A DNA stretch of 46,950 nucleotides. Origin: Bacteroidia bacterium (GTDB taxonomy: Bacteria; Bacteroidota; Bacteroidia; B-17B0; Aurantibacillaceae). Position numbers and translations under genes: made by a program. The stretch's first letter is position 1. Each line of letters starts with the position of its first letter. The stretch lies in assembly GCA_035484495.1 (NCBI GenBank), contig DATHOW010000187.1, positions 1 through 46,950 of the forward strand, in the 5' to 3' direction. The notes under the pieces were generated by a model. The model saw only the letters and a program-made list of their open reading frames with translations. It was not told the DNA's origin and made no database searches. Below are positions 1 through 9,144 of the stretch, piece by piece.

Positions 1-1122
1 GCTTTAAATAAATTATTTGAAGAGTTGCTAGCTTTACGCAACCAAGTAGCCCTAAATGCAGGCTTCAAAAACTTTAGAGACTATAAGTTTAAAGAACTTG
101 GTAGGTTTGATTATAATATAAATGACTGCAAAAGTTTTCACACAAGCATTAAAAAATATTTTGTCCCGCTAAGCAAGGCTATCGATGAGCAACGCAAAAA
201 CGAACTAAAAGTAAGCTCGTATCGCCCTTGGGATAGCGAAGTAGATACAGGGAACAATAAACCCCTACATCCTTTTGAAACAGCAGATGAATTATTAAAA
301 AAATCAATAGAATGTTTTAACGTAACGGATAAGTATTTTGGCGAGTGCTTAACCACCATGCAAGAAATGAAGCACTTGGATTTAGCTTCTCGTAAAGGCA
401 AAGCACCGGGCGGATATAATTATCCTTTATACGAAAGCGGAGTACCATTTATTTTTATGAATGCAGTTGGTTTGCAGCGCGATGTGGTAACCATGGTACA
501 CGAAGGAGGTCACGCGGTACACGCTTTTCTAACTAAAGACTATAAGATAAACGAGTTTAAATCTGTTCCATCAGAGGTAGCTGAATTAGCATCTATGAGC
601 ATGGAATTAATCTCCATGAAACGCTGGGATGTTTTTTATAAAGATGCGCAAGCTTTAAATCGTGCTAAAAAAGAACAGCTTGAAAAAATCATTAAAACCC
701 TTTGTTGGATTGCCTGTGTTGATGCCTATCAACAAAAACTATACGAAAACCCAAAACAATCAACCGAAGAGCGTTACAAACTTTGGGTTGAAACTTATAA
801 CGAGTATGAAAGCGGTGTACTTGACTATAATGGCTTAGAAGATAATGTAAAACGCATGTGGCACGCTCAGTTACACATTTTTGAAGTGCCTTTTTATTAT
901 ATAGAATATGGCTTTGCGCAACTGGGTGCTTTGGCTGTTTGGAAAAACTTTATGCAAAATGCACCACAAGCCATTCAGCAGTATAAAGATGCTTTGTCGT
1001 TGGGTTACACGGTGTCCATCCCAGATGTATATAAGGCTGCCGGCATTAAATTCGATTTTTCAGATAGTTATATCTCTTCTGTAGCAGATTTTGTGTGGAA
1101 AGAGTTGGAAAGCCTGAAATAG
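1..1122 (+). CDS. M3 family oligoendopeptidase (PepF-like), 5' truncated by window edge
   Basis: Frame is open from base 1; HEGGH zinc motif, EVAELASMSMEL, and HIFEVPFYYIEYG typical of M3B peptidases. Confidence 0.92.
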   Translation, partial: ALNKLFEELLALRNQVALNAGFKNFRDYKFKELGRFDYNINDCKSFHTSIKKYFVPLSKAIDEQRKNELKVSSYRPWDSEVDTGNNKPLHPFETADELLKKSIECFNVTDKYFGECLTTMQEMKHLDLASRKGKAPGGYNYPLYESGVPFIFMNAVGLQRDVVTMVHEGGHAVHAFLTKDYKINEFKSVPSEVAELASMSMELISMKRWDVFYKDAQALNRAKKEQLEKIIKTLCWIACVDAYQQKLYENPKQSTEERYKLWVETYNEYESGVLDYNGLEDNVKRMWHAQLHIFEVPFYYIEYGFAQLGALAVWKNFMQNAPQAIQQYKDALSLGYTVSIPDVYKAAGIKFDFSDSYISSVADFVWKELESLK

Positions 1123-1159
1123 CGGGGTTGTTAAACAATCAAAAACCCAAAAATAAAAA

Positions 1160-1190
1160 TTTGGCACAGTATTCGTAAATAGTATTTTTG
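1160..1190 (+). promoter_or_regulatory. Bacteroidota housekeeping promoter (-33 TTTG / -7 TAnnTTTG) for the TPR gene
   Basis: TTTG at 1160-1163 and TATTTTTG at 1183-1190 with a 19-nt spacer; supports ATG 1215 over TTG 1188. Confidence 0.7.
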
Positions 1191-1214
1191 TACGTCTTTA
1201 AAAAACAAATAAAT

Positions 1215-2834
1215 ATGAATAAGTTTTTCTTTACAATTATAGGTTCGGCAAGTGTTTTTCAAATAGCAAACGCACAAAGCTTGTCAGATGCCATTACAAA
1301 AACCGAAAACGAACGTTTTGACCTAGCGGGCTCAGAATTTAGACAGCTTATAAACAAAGAAGCAACCAGGGGAGATAATTATTTTTATTACGGCGAAAAT
1401 TTTTATAAAAATAATAAGCCGGATTCTGCACTTATCATGTACAAAAAAGGATCTGATGTACAACCAACTAATGGGTTAAACCTTGTTGGTATTGGTAAAG
1501 TACTTTTGTTACAAAACAAGGTTGCTGATGCTAATTCAAATCTTTTTAAAGCAAAAACCTTAGCCGGAAAAAACGCAAGTGTACTTGTTGAACTTGCAGA
1601 TGCTTATATTAATGCTCCGGAGGCATCTAGAAACTCAACACAAGCAATTGCGCTTTTAGATGAGGCTTTAAAATACGACTCTAAAAATGCAGAAGCACAT
1701 ATTTTAAAAGGTGATGCTTTGTTAGACTTACACCCAACCGAAGGTGGCCAGGCTATTAAAGAATACGAAGAGGCACAAAAACTAAACCCAAAATCGCCTA
1801 AAGCAGTTCTGCGTCAAGGCAAATTGTGGTCTCGCTCTCGTAACTATCAACTGGCTTTAGATAAATATAAAGAAGCTATTAAAATTGACCCAACTTTTGC
1901 TCCGGCTTATGTGGAAATAGCAGAACTATATCACAGAGCAAATCAAGATAATAACGCATTAGACGCGATTAAAAAATATTTAGAGTTAAATGGTAACAAT
2001 GTTTATGCACAAGGACGCTATGCTTCATTTCTTTTTGAAAGCAAACAGTATGCAGATGCTGCAAAACAGATAGAAGGCGTTCAGGCAAAAGACACTAGTG
2101 ATGCTTATTTGTATCGTTTACTTGGTTATTCGTATGACGAAATGGGTAACAAAACCGATACCGCAGCGTTTACTAAAGGGTACAAAGCCATTAATAAATT
2201 CTTTCAAAAAACAGCAGATAAAAACTTTAAATACATAGCTGAGGACTACAAACACAAAGGTTCTTTACTTTCTAAAACAGGTAAAGATTCTTTAGGTGTT
2301 GTTGAGTTGCAAAAAGCCATTGATTTAGACCCTATAAAAAACTGTGAGTTATATGGCGAGATTGGTAAAATTTGGATGAAAGCAAAAAAATACGACAAAG
2401 CCATTGTTGCTTACGAAAAACTGCCGGGTTGTGGTAAAAACCTTACCGGTCAAAATTATTATGACCTTGGACGAGCTTATTATTATGGCCCAAAAGATTT
2501 TATTAAATCAGACACCGCTTTTTCTAAACTGATACAATCAAGTCCGGCATATCCATTGGGTTATTTTTGGAGGGGAAAAGCTAATGTGCAATTAGACGCT
2601 AAAAACGAAAAATGGCTAGCAAAACCTTATTACGAAAAAGGACTTGAACTTGTAAAACCCGAAGAGCGTGCCGCTAACAAAGCTAATGTTATAGAGGCTT
2701 GCAGTTATTTAGGGTACTATTATGTAAAACTAAAAGATAACGAAAAAGCAAAACCTTATTGGACAATTGTAAAAGAGCTTGACCCCAATAACGAAAAAGC
2801 TACCGCATTTTTTAAGAGCCTAGGGGGTAAGTAA
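1215..2834 (+). CDS. Exported tetratricopeptide-repeat protein
   Basis: Signal peptide MNKFFFTIIGSASVFQIANAQ; many TPR-like helical repeats (e.g. ALDKYKEAIKIDPTFAPAYVEIAELY); start moved to the in-frame ATG at 1215. Confidence 0.85.
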   Translation: MNKFFFTIIGSASVFQIANAQSLSDAITKTENERFDLAGSEFRQLINKEATRGDNYFYYGENFYKNNKPDSALIMYKKGSDVQPTNGLNLVGIGKVLLLQNKVADANSNLFKAKTLAGKNASVLVELADAYINAPEASRNSTQAIALLDEALKYDSKNAEAHILKGDALLDLHPTEGGQAIKEYEEAQKLNPKSPKAVLRQGKLWSRSRNYQLALDKYKEAIKIDPTFAPAYVEIAELYHRANQDNNALDAIKKYLELNGNNVYAQGRYASFLFESKQYADAAKQIEGVQAKDTSDAYLYRLLGYSYDEMGNKTDTAAFTKGYKAINKFFQKTADKNFKYIAEDYKHKGSLLSKTGKDSLGVVELQKAIDLDPIKNCELYGEIGKIWMKAKKYDKAIVAYEKLPGCGKNLTGQNYYDLGRAYYYGPKDFIKSDTAFSKLIQSSPAYPLGYFWRGKANVQLDAKNEKWLAKPYYEKGLELVKPEERAANKANVIEACSYLGYYYVKLKDNEKAKPYWTIVKELDPNNEKATAFFKSLGGK

Positions 2835-2836
2835 TT

Positions 2837-4378
2837 TTATCCCGCCCAGCTATCTCTATCTAAACTGCGATATTGTATAGCCTCGGCAATGTGATTGGGT
2901 AGAATGTTTGCGGCTGCATCTAAATCGGCAATAGTTCGGCTCACTTTTAGTATTCTATCATAAGCGCGTGCGGATAAGCCTAGGCGCTCCATGGCGTTTT
3001 TTAAAAGTGTTTTGCAGGCATCATCTAAATCACAATGTGTTTGTAACAATTTAGTTGTCATTTGTGCATTACAATACACCCCTTCGTTTTTTTCAAAACG
3101 TTTTTTCTGTATTTCTCTTGCTGCAATAACACGGGCTCTTATTTCAGCACTTTTTTCGGCATTTCTCTGTTTGCTAAGCTCCCCAAAAGGCACAGGCGTA
3201 ACCTCAATGTGTATGTCAATTCTGTCTAATAACGGACCAGATACTTTGTTGAGGTATTTTTGTACCACGCCTGGTGCGCAAACACAATCTTTTTCCGGAT
3301 GATTGTAAAAACCACACGGACAGGGGTTCATAGATGCCACCAGCATAAAACTTGCCGGATACTCAACTGAAAACTTGGCGCGTGAAATGGTAACACTTCT
3401 ATCTTCCATGGGTTGGCGCATCACCTCTAAAACTGTACGTTTAAACTCAGGCAACTCATCTAAAAACAAAACACCATTATGTGCTAACGAAATTTCTCCG
3501 GGTTGTGGGTTAATTCCGCCACCAACAAGGGCTACGTCAGAAATTGTATGATGCGGATTTCTAAAAGGGCGTTGCACAATAAGCCCACCACCCTTGCCTA
3601 GTCTGCCCGTTACGCTGTGTATCTTGGTCGTTTCAAGCGCTTCGTTTAATGTTAGTGGAGGTAAAACCGAGGGTAATCTTTTAGAAAGCATTGTTTTTCC
3701 AGCACCCGGAGGACCAATTAACAAAACATTATGTCCGCCCGAAGCGGCAATTTCAAAAGCACGTTTAATGTTTTCCTGCCCTTTTACGTCCGAAAAATCA
3801 GGCACATCAAGCGTTTCATCGGGATGGAAAAACTTTTCGGCATTAAAATGTAGTTTTTCTATAGCAGAATTATCACCATTAAAAAACCCGATTACATCTT
3901 TAATGTGGCTAGCGGCATAAACATCTAAACCCTCAACCACCGAGGCTTCAGCAGCATTTTCAGTTGGCACAATAATGCCTTTAAACCCCTCTTCTTTAGC
4001 TTTTATGGCAATTGGTAACACACCTTTTATAGGCCTAATAAAACCGTCAAGGGCTAATTCCCCCATAATTATATATTGTTCCAGCACATCGGTTTTTATT
4101 TGTTCAGATGCAGCAAGAATGCCCATAGCCAAGGTTAAATCGTATGATGAGCCTTCTTTTTTAATATCGGCGGGCGCCATATTAATGGTAATTTGTTTCC
4201 CCGGAATTTTATATCCGTTATTTTTTAAAGCAGAATCAATGCGCTGATGGCTCTCTTTAACAGCATTATCGGGCAAACCAACCAAATAAAAGTTTACCCC
4301 GGGCACAATGTTTACTTCAACCGTAATTTTGGTAGCCAGTATACCATAAACAGCACAACCATACACTTTTACCAGCAT
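2837..4378 (-). CDS. comM: YifB/ComM family Mg-chelatase-like AAA+ ATPase
   Basis: LVGLPDNAVKES N-terminus, GPPGAGKT Walker A, LFLDELPEF, NPCPCG, SGPLLDRIDI. Confidence 0.93.
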   Translation of the reverse strand: MLVKVYGCAVYGILATKITVEVNIVPGVNFYLVGLPDNAVKESHQRIDSALKNNGYKIPGKQITINMAPADIKKEGSSYDLTLAMGILAASEQIKTDVLEQYIIMGELALDGFIRPIKGVLPIAIKAKEEGFKGIIVPTENAAEASVVEGLDVYAASHIKDVIGFFNGDNSAIEKLHFNAEKFFHPDETLDVPDFSDVKGQENIKRAFEIAASGGHNVLLIGPPGAGKTMLSKRLPSVLPPLTLNEALETTKIHSVTGRLGKGGGLIVQRPFRNPHHTISDVALVGGGINPQPGEISLAHNGVLFLDELPEFKRTVLEVMRQPMEDRSVTISRAKFSVEYPASFMLVASMNPCPCGFYNHPEKDCVCAPGVVQKYLNKVSGPLLDRIDIHIEVTPVPFGELSKQRNAEKSAEIRARVIAAREIQKKRFEKNEGVYCNAQMTTKLLQTHCDLDDACKTLLKNAMERLGLSARAYDRILKVSRTIADLDAAANILPNHIAEAIQYRSLDRDSWAG

Positions 4379-4427
4379 AATTTTAGTATTAAGAAATATT
4401 TTTTACTTTTAACGGATATAAATTTAG

Positions 4428-4435
4428 CAAAGTTA
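4428..4435 (-). promoter_or_regulatory. -7 box (TAACTTTG) upstream of comM/yifB
   Basis: CAAAGTTA on + strand, about 50 nt upstream of ATG 4378. Confidence 0.55.
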
Positions 4436-4473
4436 TTTGGGAAGATTTATATTGATAATTAAAATTAAATATC

Positions 4474-4908
4474 ATGCAGAAAATAATTACACTTTTAGCC
4501 CTTACTTTTTCACTTAATCTTTTAGCACAAGAAACCCAAAAAGTAGATTTAAACTGCTATAATAAGTGGGCACAAAAATTTGATGAGCGAGGCGCAGAAG
4601 ATGTTGCTGATGGAACTTATACGGATGTAATTATAACTTTTAGAAATGGAGCCAATGCAGAATGTTTCCAGGGTAAAGCGGTTGTAAAAGAGCATAAGGT
4701 GGAAACATTTTATATTATGTTAGATGACGGAACTTACGATGCTATACAACGTATTTGGAAAAATGATGTGAAAGACGTTAATGTTTCTAACGGGATTAGT
4801 AAAACACTAATTACCAAAGATAATCAGTTGGTAAACATTATTTGGCCTAAAAAAATAAAAGCTAAAAAAGCAGGGTTTAAAAAAGCTCCTGAGCCTACAG
4901 ACGATTAA
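4474..4908 (+). CDS. Hypothetical exported protein
   Basis: 144-aa ORF with signal peptide (..FSLNLLAQ), two Cys, 3-nt gap to lipB. Confidence 0.8.
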   Translation: MQKIITLLALTFSLNLLAQETQKVDLNCYNKWAQKFDERGAEDVADGTYTDVIITFRNGANAECFQGKAVVKEHKVETFYIMLDDGTYDAIQRIWKNDVKDVNVSNGISKTLITKDNQLVNIIWPKKIKAKKAGFKKAPEPTDD

Positions 4909-4911
4909 GCC

Positions 4912-5628
4912 ATGCCCGAAAAGAATAAACGGGTTTTGTGTAACGACTTAGGGTTGATTGATTACAAAATCTGTTGGGATTATCAAGAAGAACTACAACA
5001 AAAAATTGTTGCGCAAAAAACGATTAATCGTTCTTTGCCCGAAGCGGAGCAACAAATAACCAATAATTATCTTTTGTTTGTAGAGCATCCACACGTTTAT
5101 ACGCTTGGTAAAAGCGGCGATGAAAATAATTTATTGATATCAACTGAGTTTTTAAAAAGCATAAACGCAACTTATTATAAAATAAACCGTGGCGGAGATA
5201 TAACCTATCATGGGCCGGGTCAGCTGGTTGCTTATCCTATTTTAGATTTAGAAAACTTCTTTACCGATATACATAAATATTTACGCTTGCTGGAAGAGGT
5301 TATTATTAAAATAATGGCAGATTATAATCTTTTGGCAGGCCGCAACAGTGGAGAAACAGGTGTATGGTTGGATGCTGATACAAAAAAAGCGCGTAAAATT
5401 TGCGCTATTGGTGTGCATTGCAGCAGGTGGGTTACCAAACATGGCTTAGCTTTTAATGTAAATGCTGATATGAGTTATTTTCAGCACATTGTGCCTTGTG
5501 GGATTACTGATAAAGCAGTTACCTCACTTGAAAAAGAATTAGGCAGAAAAGTCGACATGGAAGAAATAAAACAAAATTTTAAAAAATATTTTGTTGAGGT
5601 TTTTGAATGTGAGTTAGGTTCTTTTTAA
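4912..5628 (+). CDS. lipB: Lipoyl(octanoyl) transferase LipB
   Basis: EHPHVYTLG, RGGDITYHGPGQLVAYPI, KICAIG, HGLAFNVN, IVPCG. Confidence 0.96.
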   Translation: MPEKNKRVLCNDLGLIDYKICWDYQEELQQKIVAQKTINRSLPEAEQQITNNYLLFVEHPHVYTLGKSGDENNLLISTEFLKSINATYYKINRGGDITYHGPGQLVAYPILDLENFFTDIHKYLRLLEEVIIKIMADYNLLAGRNSGETGVWLDADTKKARKICAIGVHCSRWVTKHGLAFNVNADMSYFQHIVPCGITDKAVTSLEKELGRKVDMEEIKQNFKKYFVEVFECELGSF

Positions 5629-5629
5629 T

Positions 5630-7942
5630 CTATTCCTTAGATAAGTGAGAGGCGATAGCCAATTTAATTTCCCCATAACTATATTCGGTACCCAATAATT
5701 GTTTGATCGGATTTACCAAAAAAGTATTTAATTGTTTGGCGGCAGCAACAATTTCCTCCATTCTTTTGTCAGATACGATACTGCTTACATCAATCTCGCC
5801 CTTAGCGGCGTAGTATGCTAAATGCCCTTCAACAGTACCGCTTGTTATTTTTCGTATACCCGCAATTTCCGGAATGGTTTTGCCCTGCGTAAACAAAACA
5901 AAAGTTTCTTTCTTAGTGTCTGTCTTTTCCTTTTTAATAACACTCTTTTTTTCTTTCAGATTTTTTAAGGGTTTTTTCTTTTCCGGTTTTTCTTCTTCGT
6001 AATAAACAACCTCTTTGTTCTCTGTTTCAGGTTTTGCATGTGCTTGTTTTATTTGTTCAATTCTTGTTCGGTCGTTTAGTATAATAGCCAAATCTTCTCG
6101 GGTAAATTCGGTATTATTTAAAAAAGCGTTTACTAATAATTCTGCTTTGCTAATGAGTTTTGCTTGTTCATAAAACTGAGTTTCCAATTCAAGCAATTCA
6201 TTAAAATAAGTTTTAATCTTTTTTTCTACTTTTATTTTTTCAATCTGCTGAAATATGGTTTTGGAGTTTGTTTTAAAAAAAGGCAAGAAGTACGCTGAGG
6301 CCGAAAGCACACGCCCCTTAAGGGTTTCTAAATAATTAGTTTCTTTTCCATCAATAATATTTGCTACCTGATATAAAAACTTATCGGCATGTGGTTTTAT
6401 GGTATCCAGTTCTTTTTTTAATTCAGCGGCCCACTTGTAATATTTTTGCTTAGCCGATTTTTTTTCGTCTTTACTATAACCCTCAACATGTTCTTTTACA
6501 TGGTAAGCAAGCACACCAAAATCAAAACATTGCAGTAAATAATTCTTTAAAAAAACAAGCCCCTCTCTTTTAATTAAATCATTCAGGTTTTCCTGTTCTT
6601 CTTTTGTCTTCCCAAATTCAACAACCTTCGCGTCTTGTGTAATGCCATTGTATCGTATGGCTGAGGTTAAAACCAAGCCTTGTAGCGAACGCAAACGAGA
6701 AAGAGCCACATAAGCCTGTCCGGGTGCAAAGGCAGCTCCAATGTCTACTATAGCTTTATCAAACGTTAAACCCTGACTTTTATGTACTGTTATTGCCCAG
6801 GCAAGCTTAACGGGATATTGTGTAAACGTACCAATGGTTTGCTCCTCAATTTCGTTGGTAGTTTCGTTCAGCTTAAATTTTATATTTTCCCAGGTATATT
6901 TTTCAAGAAATAATTTTGTGCCATCTTCAAACTGCACTTCAATATCATCTGCATCTATAAATGAAACGACCCCAATTTTCCCATTAAAAAAACGTTGCGC
7001 ACCCGTTGCATCGTTTTTTACAAACATAATTTGAGCGCCTTTTTTTAACTCTAGTGTTTTTTCTATAGGATAAGCGTATTCGCTAAAATCGTTTTCTAAT
7101 TCTGCTTCAAAAAAGAACGATTTGTTTTTCAGTTCCTGTAAAAAAGTTTTATTTAACTCAAGCGCCTTGTAGTTGTGTGTAGTTAGTGTGATGTAGTTTT
7201 CATCTGCCTTTGGCTTAAAATCGGGCTTATAGTAATTATTTAATAGCTCAATATCGCCTTGGGTAATTTGGTTATGGCGTAAATTATTTAATAGAGATAT
7301 AAAAGTATCATCTGCCTGGCGGTATATTTTATCCAACTCAATATAAACAGGTTTTTCTTTTTGAAGCACCTGCGAATCGAAAAAATAAATGCTTTTATAG
7401 TGTGGCTTTAAAAACTCCCACTCTTCGTTTTTTATAACCGGCGGAAGCTGCAATAAATCGCCAATAAATAAAACCTGCACACCCCCAAACACACTGTTTT
7501 TTCTGCGTATATGGCGCAACACCATATCAATGGCATCTAACAAATCGGCACGCAACATACTTACTTCGTCTACAATTAAAAGCTCTAACTCACGTAATAA
7601 TTTACGCTTGCTTTCGTGCATTTGTAAATTCTTGATGATTGAAATAGGGCCGTTTATTTTTAAACTTAATTGTTGTGTAGTGGTGGTTTGATTAACCGGA
7701 ACGTAAGCCCCAAAAGGCAATTGAAACAAGGAGTGTATGGTTACTCCGCCCGCATTAATAGCAGCAATGCCCGTAGGCGCAACAATAATAGATTTTTTGT
7801 GGGTGTGCTTAACAATATGCTTTAAAAAAGTTGTTTTGCCGGTACCAGCTTTGCCTGTAAGAAAAATATTTTTCTGCGTGTGGTTAATAAACTTAGAAGC
7901 CAGTAAAGCAATCTCACTTTGTTTGGTAGTAGCAGAAATCAT
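5630..7942 (-). CDS. PIF1/RecD-like SF1B helicase with C-terminal helix-turn-helix domain
   Basis: GKAGTGKTT, APTGIAA, DEVSM, GDLLQLPPV, AITVHKSQGLT, YVALSR; C-terminal GKTIPEIAGIRKITSGTVEGHL HTH. Confidence 0.9.
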   Translation of the reverse strand: MISATTKQSEIALLASKFINHTQKNIFLTGKAGTGKTTFLKHIVKHTHKKSIIVAPTGIAAINAGGVTIHSLFQLPFGAYVPVNQTTTTQQLSLKINGPISIIKNLQMHESKRKLLRELELLIVDEVSMLRADLLDAIDMVLRHIRRKNSVFGGVQVLFIGDLLQLPPVIKNEEWEFLKPHYKSIYFFDSQVLQKEKPVYIELDKIYRQADDTFISLLNNLRHNQITQGDIELLNNYYKPDFKPKADENYITLTTHNYKALELNKTFLQELKNKSFFFEAELENDFSEYAYPIEKTLELKKGAQIMFVKNDATGAQRFFNGKIGVVSFIDADDIEVQFEDGTKLFLEKYTWENIKFKLNETTNEIEEQTIGTFTQYPVKLAWAITVHKSQGLTFDKAIVDIGAAFAPGQAYVALSRLRSLQGLVLTSAIRYNGITQDAKVVEFGKTKEEQENLNDLIKREGLVFLKNYLLQCFDFGVLAYHVKEHVEGYSKDEKKSAKQKYYKWAAELKKELDTIKPHADKFLYQVANIIDGKETNYLETLKGRVLSASAYFLPFFKTNSKTIFQQIEKIKVEKKIKTYFNELLELETQFYEQAKLISKAELLVNAFLNNTEFTREDLAIILNDRTRIEQIKQAHAKPETENKEVVYYEEEKPEKKKPLKNLKEKKSVIKKEKTDTKKETFVLFTQGKTIPEIAGIRKITSGTVEGHLAYYAAKGEIDVSSIVSDKRMEEIVAAAKQLNTFLVNPIKQLLGTEYSYGEIKLAIASHLSKE

Positions 7943-7946
7943 CCCT

Positions 7947-7954
7947 CAAAATTA
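7947..7954 (-). promoter_or_regulatory. -7 box (TAATTTTG) 4 nt upstream of helicase ATG
   Basis: CAAAATTA on + strand at 7947-7954; start codon CAT at 7940-7942. Confidence 0.6.
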
Positions 7955-8033
7955 AATACAACAGCGCAAAAAAATGAAATTGTTTACCAGTTTGTTTAAA
8001 CATATTGTAATTTCGGGTACTCAATAAGTTTTT

Positions 8034-8041
8034 TAATTTTG
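8034..8041 (+). promoter_or_regulatory. -7 box (TAATTTTG) 4 nt upstream of ATG 8046
   Basis: Exact TAnnTTTG match. Confidence 0.6.
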
Positions 8042-8045
8042 TAAC

Positions 8046-8447
8046 ATGAAGGCAGAAGATTTAATCCATCAGGTTGAAGATGTTGCGGTGGCGGTAGTTC
8101 CTGAAAACATTGAAGACCAAAATGGCTGGATGGTCTATTTAGTAAACCTAAAAAACAATTCGTTAGAAAACGTAATTGTAAGTTCTAAGGGTTATGGCGA
8201 AATTGATAACCGAAATTTAAAAACATCTACCCTGCGTCATTTTATTGAAAAGGTAGAACCACACACCTTCTCTAAAATAGAACCCATTATGGAAGATGTT
8301 TTTGGTTTGGCAAACGAATATTGGGTTAGCTTTTACATTAACAAAACCATTTACGATAAAAAATTTGTGTTTTTACCCGAAAGCATACAGGAAAATAATT
8401 TTGTAACCATTCCCTTTTTAAACAAAAAAGGAGTAATGATTAAATAG
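8046..8447 (+). CDS. Hypothetical protein of a type I recall as conserved in Bacteroidota
   Basis: 133-aa ORF; WMVYLVN...VSSKGYG...KTSTLRH...NEYWVSFY...DKKFVF; first gene of a tight three-gene run. Confidence 0.82.
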   Translation: MKAEDLIHQVEDVAVAVVPENIEDQNGWMVYLVNLKNNSLENVIVSSKGYGEIDNRNLKTSTLRHFIEKVEPHTFSKIEPIMEDVFGLANEYWVSFYINKTIYDKKFVFLPESIQENNFVTIPFLNKKGVMIK

Positions 8448-8448
8448 C

Positions 8449-9141
8449 ATGCCGCAAGCAGAAATTAACAATATACTGTTTTTAGATATAGAGACTGTAC
8501 CCCTTGTGTACGATTACAAGCAATTAAACGAGCCTTTTAAAAAACTTTGGGATTTAAAGTGGCAGTATAATAAAGAAATTACAGCCGAACAACAATATGC
8601 CAAAGCAGGCATTTATGCTGAGTTTGCCAAAGTGGTTTGTATATGTGTTGGGTATTTTAATGGAAAAGAATTTCGTATAAAATCTTTTTATGGCGAAGAT
8701 GAAAAAATATTGCTTGAAGACTTTAAACTAACTTTAGAAAGACATTTTTCTAACTACGCTTTGTGTGCGCACAATGGTAAAGAGTTTGATTTTCCATTCA
8801 TGTGCCGAAGAATGCTTGTTAACGGAATAAGCTTACCGGAAGTTTTGCAAATACAAGGCAAAAAACCCTGGGAAATAACCCACCTTGATACAATGGAGTT
8901 ATGGAAGTTTGGTGATTATAAAAGTTACACATCACTACAATTATTAGCTGCCATATTTAATATACCAACCCCTAAGGATGACATTGATGGTAGTCAGGTT
9001 GCTAAGGTTTATTACGAGGAAAAAAATTTAGAAAGAATTAAAACCTATTGCGCTAAAGATGTTGTAACCGTAGCCCGCTTACTGCAAAAAATGAGAGGTG
9101 AACAAGCCTTGCGCGACGAACAAGTTGTACTAACAAATTAA
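8449..9141 (+). CDS. PolB-related 3'-5' exonuclease (DEDD family)
   Basis: FLDIET (ExoI), HNGKEFDFPF (ExoII), YCAKDV (ExoIII). Confidence 0.9.
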   Translation: MPQAEINNILFLDIETVPLVYDYKQLNEPFKKLWDLKWQYNKEITAEQQYAKAGIYAEFAKVVCICVGYFNGKEFRIKSFYGEDEKILLEDFKLTLERHFSNYALCAHNGKEFDFPFMCRRMLVNGISLPEVLQIQGKKPWEITHLDTMELWKFGDYKSYTSLQLLAAIFNIPTPKDDIDGSQVAKVYYEEKNLERIKTYCAKDVVTVARLLQKMRGEQALRDEQVVLTN

Positions 9142-9144
9142 TTT

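Noticed and set aside
1188-1214. ORF-track upstream starts at 1188, 10461, 10622 and 44433
   Set aside because: For 1188, 10461 and 44433 a -7-like box overlaps the extension; for 10622 the in-frame ATG at 10634 was preferred over GTG, with less certainty
4912-5628. Functional clustering of lipB with gcvH
   Set aside because: They are about 29 kb apart with unrelated genes between
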